Of a DNA stretch of 20,787 bases, positions 17,255-20,787 are shown one piece after another (the stretch's first letter is position 1; every line of letters begins with the position of its first letter). Origin of the DNA: Promethearchaeota archaeon (GTDB lineage Archaea > Asgardarchaeota > Lokiarchaeia > Sigyniarchaeales > SOKP01); the NCBI GenBank assembly GCA_011364975.1, contig RDOE01000056.1:1-20787 (forward strand). Reading direction: 5' to 3'. Under the pieces are notes generated by a model that worked only from the letters and a program-made list of their open reading frames with translations, had not been told where the DNA came from and made no database searches. A program made the position numbers and the translations under genes.

Positions 17255-18472
17255 TTAAAATTCTCCGAATTCTTGTGCCCAATCGCCGTATCGATCTAAT
17301 TCTTTTCCAGTCGTCATAGGTTTTATTTTTTTAATAGTTTTCATGAAATCTTTTAGTGTGATATCCCTTACTACAACCTCTTGATCGGAATGTTCTAACA
17401 AACCTCCCATATCTAGTTCTCTAATTGGGATCATAATAACTTCACGACATACATTTGAAATATCCCTTCCTGAATAACCTTCAGAGCGAACGGCTAATTC
17501 AATAAAATCTTCTTCAGTTAACGAGGAATTGATACCTTCAGTGTGAATTTTAAAAATTCCAGCACGTGCTGGCATATCAGGTAAAGGAACATATACTTTC
17601 TTCTCAAATCGACTAAGCATTGCAGTATCAATATCCCAAGGACGATTAGTTGCACCTAAAACTAACATAGGTTTATCATGTGTAGATTTTACACCTTGAA
17701 TTTCTTGAAGGAGTTGTGTTTTAACTCTCCTCTCCCCACCTCCTTCATGTCCACTTCCTCTAGTTGTAGTTAAGGAATCTATCTCATCCATGAAAATTAG
17801 ACTAGGTGCTTTAATTCTAGCTACCTTAAATAATGAGCTAATCAATTTTTCGCTCTCTCCTAGCCACTTACTTAATAAATCAGCAGAAGAGACACTAAAA
17901 AAAGTTGCTTGACATTCAGTAGCAGCTGCTTTTGCTAATAATGTTTTGCCGCATCCAGGTGGACCGAATAATAAAATTCCAGACCATGGTTTACGAGCTC
18001 CTGTAAATAGCTGTGGTTTAATCATTGGTAAAACTATTGCTTCCCTTAACGCTTGCTTACAATCTTCTAAACCTGCAATATCCGCCCATTTAACATCAGG
18101 AGATTCAGCCAAAATAGTACCCTCAATTGAGTCAATTAACTCTTGTTCTTCTGCTGAAACCAATCCCGATTGCTCTTTTGGCTCTCCGTCTGATGGAGTA
18201 CTACTACTTGGGGTTGATTTTTTTGCTCTTGCTTTTGGACCCCCTAGATGCGCTTTCAATACTTTAACTCTTTCTAAAAATGTCTCAACTTTTTCTTGAC
18301 AGAGTATTCTCATTTGGGGATTTTTATTGTACTTCATAAATTGAAGGAGTATATCCGCCGCTCTCTGATACTTATTAATCGCTTGTCTATAATTTCCTTG
18401 TTCATCTGCATTTACAGCCGCTTGTGCTTCTTTTACTGCATATTGATAAAGATTACTATCGAAACTACTCAA
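17255..18472 (-). CDS. vps4: Vps4 AAA+ ATPase (MIT + AAA)
   Basis: MIT domain (AVNADEQGNYRQAINKYQRAADIL), PDVKWADIAGLE, Walker A GPPGCGKT, pore loop SKWLGESEK, Walker B FMDEID, ATNRPWDID, C-terminal WAQEFG. TTG start with AAGGT SD. Confidence 0.96.
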   Translation of the reverse strand: MSSFDSNLYQYAVKEAQAAVNADEQGNYRQAINKYQRAADILLQFMKYNKNPQMRILCQEKVETFLERVKVLKAHLGGPKARAKKSTPSSSTPSDGEPKEQSGLVSAEEQELIDSIEGTILAESPDVKWADIAGLEDCKQALREAIVLPMIKPQLFTGARKPWSGILLFGPPGCGKTLLAKAAATECQATFFSVSSADLLSKWLGESEKLISSLFKVARIKAPSLIFMDEIDSLTTTRGSGHEGGGERRVKTQLLQEIQGVKSTHDKPMLVLGATNRPWDIDTAMLSRFEKKVYVPLPDMPARAGIFKIHTEGINSSLTEEDFIELAVRSEGYSGRDISNVCREVIMIPIRELDMGGLLEHSDQEVVVRDITLKDFMKTIKKIKPMTTGKELDRYGDWAQEFGEF

Positions 18473-18619
18473 TGGTAAATACCTTTTTGATCTAATTATT
18501 TATCTTAAAAAATTATTAATATTTATAGATAACCTAGTTCGATATTTGTTTTAATTATTAATCTATTTAGATATATCAAATTTTCTCTTTCTTTTTGGAG
18601 ACTAAATACTGGTCTACAA

Positions 18620-18634
18620 CAAAAAATTATATAA
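18620..18634 (+). promoter_or_regulatory. BRE/TATA candidate for ESCRT-III within the 210-bp divergent vps4/ESCRT-III spacer
   Basis: CAAAAAA followed by TTATATAA (18627-18634), about 50 nt upstream of ATG 18683. Confidence 0.45.
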
Positions 18635-18682
18635 TCTGAATTTATTTATATATAATAAATAACTAAATTAAGATGAATTAAG

Positions 18683-19309
18683 ATGGGTTTTCTTAAAGAC
18701 ATTAGTAAATGGCTCTCTGGTGGTAAAAAGCCGGATTCTATGCGTTCCGCGACAGTTAAACTAAAAGTTTTTAATAAACGATTAATGCGCCAAACAAAAA
18801 AGATGGAGATGACCGCAAAACTTGCACGAGATAAAGCGGTAAACCTGCGTAAGACGGGGGATATGGAAGGATCTGCATTTCATGTTCGTAACTATCTCCA
18901 AGTAAAGAAACAAGCAAGAGCTATAGATCACTTCAGAACAAATCTTGAAGGTATGGTCTTCAAATTAGAACAAGCAAATGCTGTAAAAGATGTTGCGGAT
19001 ATTATGAAGGGGATTGCATCTAGTTTAACTATGTTAAAAAACCAATTGTCTATTCCACAATTAACAGAATTAATGGATAATATTGGAATCGATATGGAGG
19101 AATTTGATGTTACCGCTGAAATCACTACAGATGGCATTAATGATATGACCCTTGATACAGCTGTTACTGACGACCAAGTGAAAGAGGTTCTTGGTGAAAT
19201 TGACGCAGAAATTCAAGTAGAGATGGGTGGAGCACTACCTTCAGTGGAACCAGATTCTAAGGTAAAAGAATTAGAGGAAGAATTGAATAAACTGAAATCG
19301 AAGGATTAA
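18683..19309 (+). CDS. ESCRT-III (Snf7-domain) protein, Vps2/Vps24/Vps46 (CHMP1-3) class
   Basis: Basic N-half and acidic C-half; KTGDMEGSAFHVRN, IPQLTELMDN, DQVKEVLGEI track CHMP1/Did2; C-terminal MIM1-like ELEEELNKLK. Confidence 0.93.
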   Translation: MGFLKDISKWLSGGKKPDSMRSATVKLKVFNKRLMRQTKKMEMTAKLARDKAVNLRKTGDMEGSAFHVRNYLQVKKQARAIDHFRTNLEGMVFKLEQANAVKDVADIMKGIASSLTMLKNQLSIPQLTELMDNIGIDMEEFDVTAEITTDGINDMTLDTAVTDDQVKEVLGEIDAEIQVEMGGALPSVEPDSKVKELEEELNKLKSKD

Positions 19310-19406
19310 ATTTTACTTTTTATGCCTCTTTTTATCGCCCTTAGGTAAATTATATAAGCTTAAACTCCATTTTTAACTTATTCATAAGAATTTCAAATAA
19401 TGTTAA

Positions 19407-20429
19407 GTGCTAATTGTGAATCCAGAAGTTATAACAATTGGAAGTAATACTCTAGATTGTACTATCCAGGTTAAAGATATCCTCCGTTTTGAATTATTCG
19501 ACAAAGAAATAGTAAAGAAGTATACTGCAATTGAATATAGCCGTAAATTAAATGTAGAGGCTCTAAAATTCTTTCCAGGAGGTTCTGGAGCTAACATTGC
19601 TGCAGACTGTGCTATGTTAGGATTAAAGACAGCCTATATAGGCGTTGTTGGCCTTGACTTTTCTGCTCAAATTTGTCTTGAGGACTTAAAGAAACGAGGT
19701 GTTGATTTATCCTATGTTAAACAAACTCATGAAGATTGTACTGCGTTTTCTCTCATATTGAAAACAGAATGGGGTAAAGATAGAAGCATATTAGCATATA
19801 AAGGAGCAAATAACCTACTTAAACCTGAGGATGTCAGAGGAGAAACCTTCAAAGGGATTAAAGCGTTTGCTTGGACATCGTTAACTTCTGAAAGCGGATG
19901 CAAATCTATTGATAAGGCTATTACGTTAACTAAGGAAAATAACGCATTGGTATTTGCTGCTCCAAGCATGTCAATCATTAAAAACAATCCTCAATGGGCT
20001 AAAACTCTAATTTCAAAATCAGATGCAGTTTCCATGAATACTGAAGAAGCAATGGAGTTTACTCATGAGAGTGAAAAATATTATTGTGCAAAAAAGCTTT
20101 TAGAAATGGGACCCAAACTTGTTTCTATTACTGATGGTGCAAATGGTTCACTATTAACTGATGGTAAGGTAATTATTAGAAGTGGAATTTATAAAGTGGA
20201 TGTTAAGGATACAACAGGGGCAGGAGATGCTTTTCTATGCGGAATGCTTATTTCAAAATTAAAGAATTATACAATAGATAAGATGGCAAAACTCGCAACA
20301 GCAATGTCATCATTCGAAGCGATGGAAGTAGGTGTAAGACAAGGATTATCAACATCACTTGAAGAGTTAGAAAAGTTCATTCAGAAAAATCAATTAACCC
20401 AATCTCTATCAAAATTAACTGAATCATAA
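19407..20429 (+). CDS. PfkB/ribokinase-family carbohydrate kinase
   Basis: IGSNTLD, PGGSGANIA, MNTEEA, ITDGANG and anion-hole DTTGAGDAF. GTG start at 19407 or 19416. Confidence 0.92.
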   Translation: MLIVNPEVITIGSNTLDCTIQVKDILRFELFDKEIVKKYTAIEYSRKLNVEALKFFPGGSGANIAADCAMLGLKTAYIGVVGLDFSAQICLEDLKKRGVDLSYVKQTHEDCTAFSLILKTEWGKDRSILAYKGANNLLKPEDVRGETFKGIKAFAWTSLTSESGCKSIDKAITLTKENNALVFAAPSMSIIKNNPQWAKTLISKSDAVSMNTEEAMEFTHESEKYYCAKKLLEMGPKLVSITDGANGSLLTDGKVIIRSGIYKVDVKDTTGAGDAFLCGMLISKLKNYTIDKMAKLATAMSSFEAMEVGVRQGLSTSLEELEKFIQKNQLTQSLSKLTES

Positions 20430-20602
20430 ATTCAAGCAATATCTTTTAAGTACTCTTAAGTAGTTTATATTCTATTCCTAATTTTTAATATACGATCATA
20501 ATTCAAATCATTATTCAGATATTTTTTTCAAACCAATAAATTTTAATCTTTTTTTATCTTTTAACCTTTAACTATAATTCAAATAATTTGATCCTAAAAT
20601 AG

Positions 20603-20707
20603 GCGCTGCTAGTATAGAATCTGTGAAAAAAATTCACGGAAGTAAATTGGTCAGTATGCCAGGTTGCCAACTTGGCGACCCGGGTTCGATTCCCGGGCGG
20701 CGCACCA
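20603..20707 (+). tRNA. tRNA-Gly(GCC) with a non-canonical D-loop intron and encoded CCA
   Basis: Acceptor GCGCTGC (20603-09)/GCGGCGC (20697-703), D stem GTAT/GTAT, anticodon stem CCAGG/CTTGG with GCC at 20666-68, T arm CCGGG-TTCGATT-CCCGG, discriminator A and CCA at 20705-07. About 28 extra nt in the D-loop. Confidence 0.93.
20619..20646 (+). other. Predicted tRNA intron at about position 15/16-16/17 (boundaries +/-2 nt)
   Basis: Removal restores the D-loop AGATTGGTCA; insert contains hairpin TCTGTGAA-AAAAA-TTCACGGA. Confidence 0.8.
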
Positions 20708-20787
20708 TTCTTATCCTTATTCTGTTCTTATCCTGTTAGGATTTATCCAAAATAAATTCCCAAATATGCCAAATCCTAGTAAAGTCC

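Noticed and set aside
2898-19987. Shadow ORFs (e.g. 2898-3098, 3992-4216, 4934-5353, 5474-5692, 6467-6649, 9135-9320, 9380-9562, 9885-10223, 11891-12112, 12353-12556, 12641-12832, 14550-14777, 16426-16713, 16598-16825, 17946-18299, 18296-18478, 18928-19137, 19403-19597, 19727-19987)
   Set aside because: All lie wholly or almost wholly antisense or off-frame within well-supported genes and show no recognisable motifs.
20708-20778. 10-bp direct repeat TTCTTATCCT (20708-17, 20725-34) and 8-bp inverted repeat TAGGATTT/AAATCCTA after the tRNA, possible att site or array start
   Set aside because: Too short, only two copies, no duplicated tRNA 3' end or integrase in the window, and the sequence ends at 20787.

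Overview
AT-rich archaeal DNA whose gene content points to an Asgard archaeon, most likely Lokiarchaeia/Promethearchaeota (an inference from the sequence, not a database result). Left half: short alpha-glucan phosphorylase, small Cys/His zinc-knuckle protein, GlmS-type SIS protein, long-chain acyl-CoA ligase, NDP-sugar pyrophosphorylase coupled to a HEAT+LRR protein, DUF3795-type Cys-rich protein, orphan DppC/OppC permease, two small hypotheticals, and a multi-wHTH regulator followed by a 7TM protein with a longin-like tail. Right half: CYTH protein, Nop2-type m5C methyltransferase, Nip7, then a eukaryote-like ESCRT locus (Vps22/EAP30, Vps25, Vps4, CHMP1-3-type ESCRT-III), a PfkB kinase and tRNA-Gly(GCC). 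The most notable points not shown by the ORF track are a ~28-nt intron in the tRNA D-loop, a Nop2 N-terminus needing an ATT start or +1 frameshift, a Vps4 with only one arginine in the arginine-finger segment, a long coiled-coil extension on Vps25, the wHTH/7TM-longin pair, and a hairpin-rich intergenic segment at ~2020-2145. No CRISPR array, rRNA or intact mobile element was seen.
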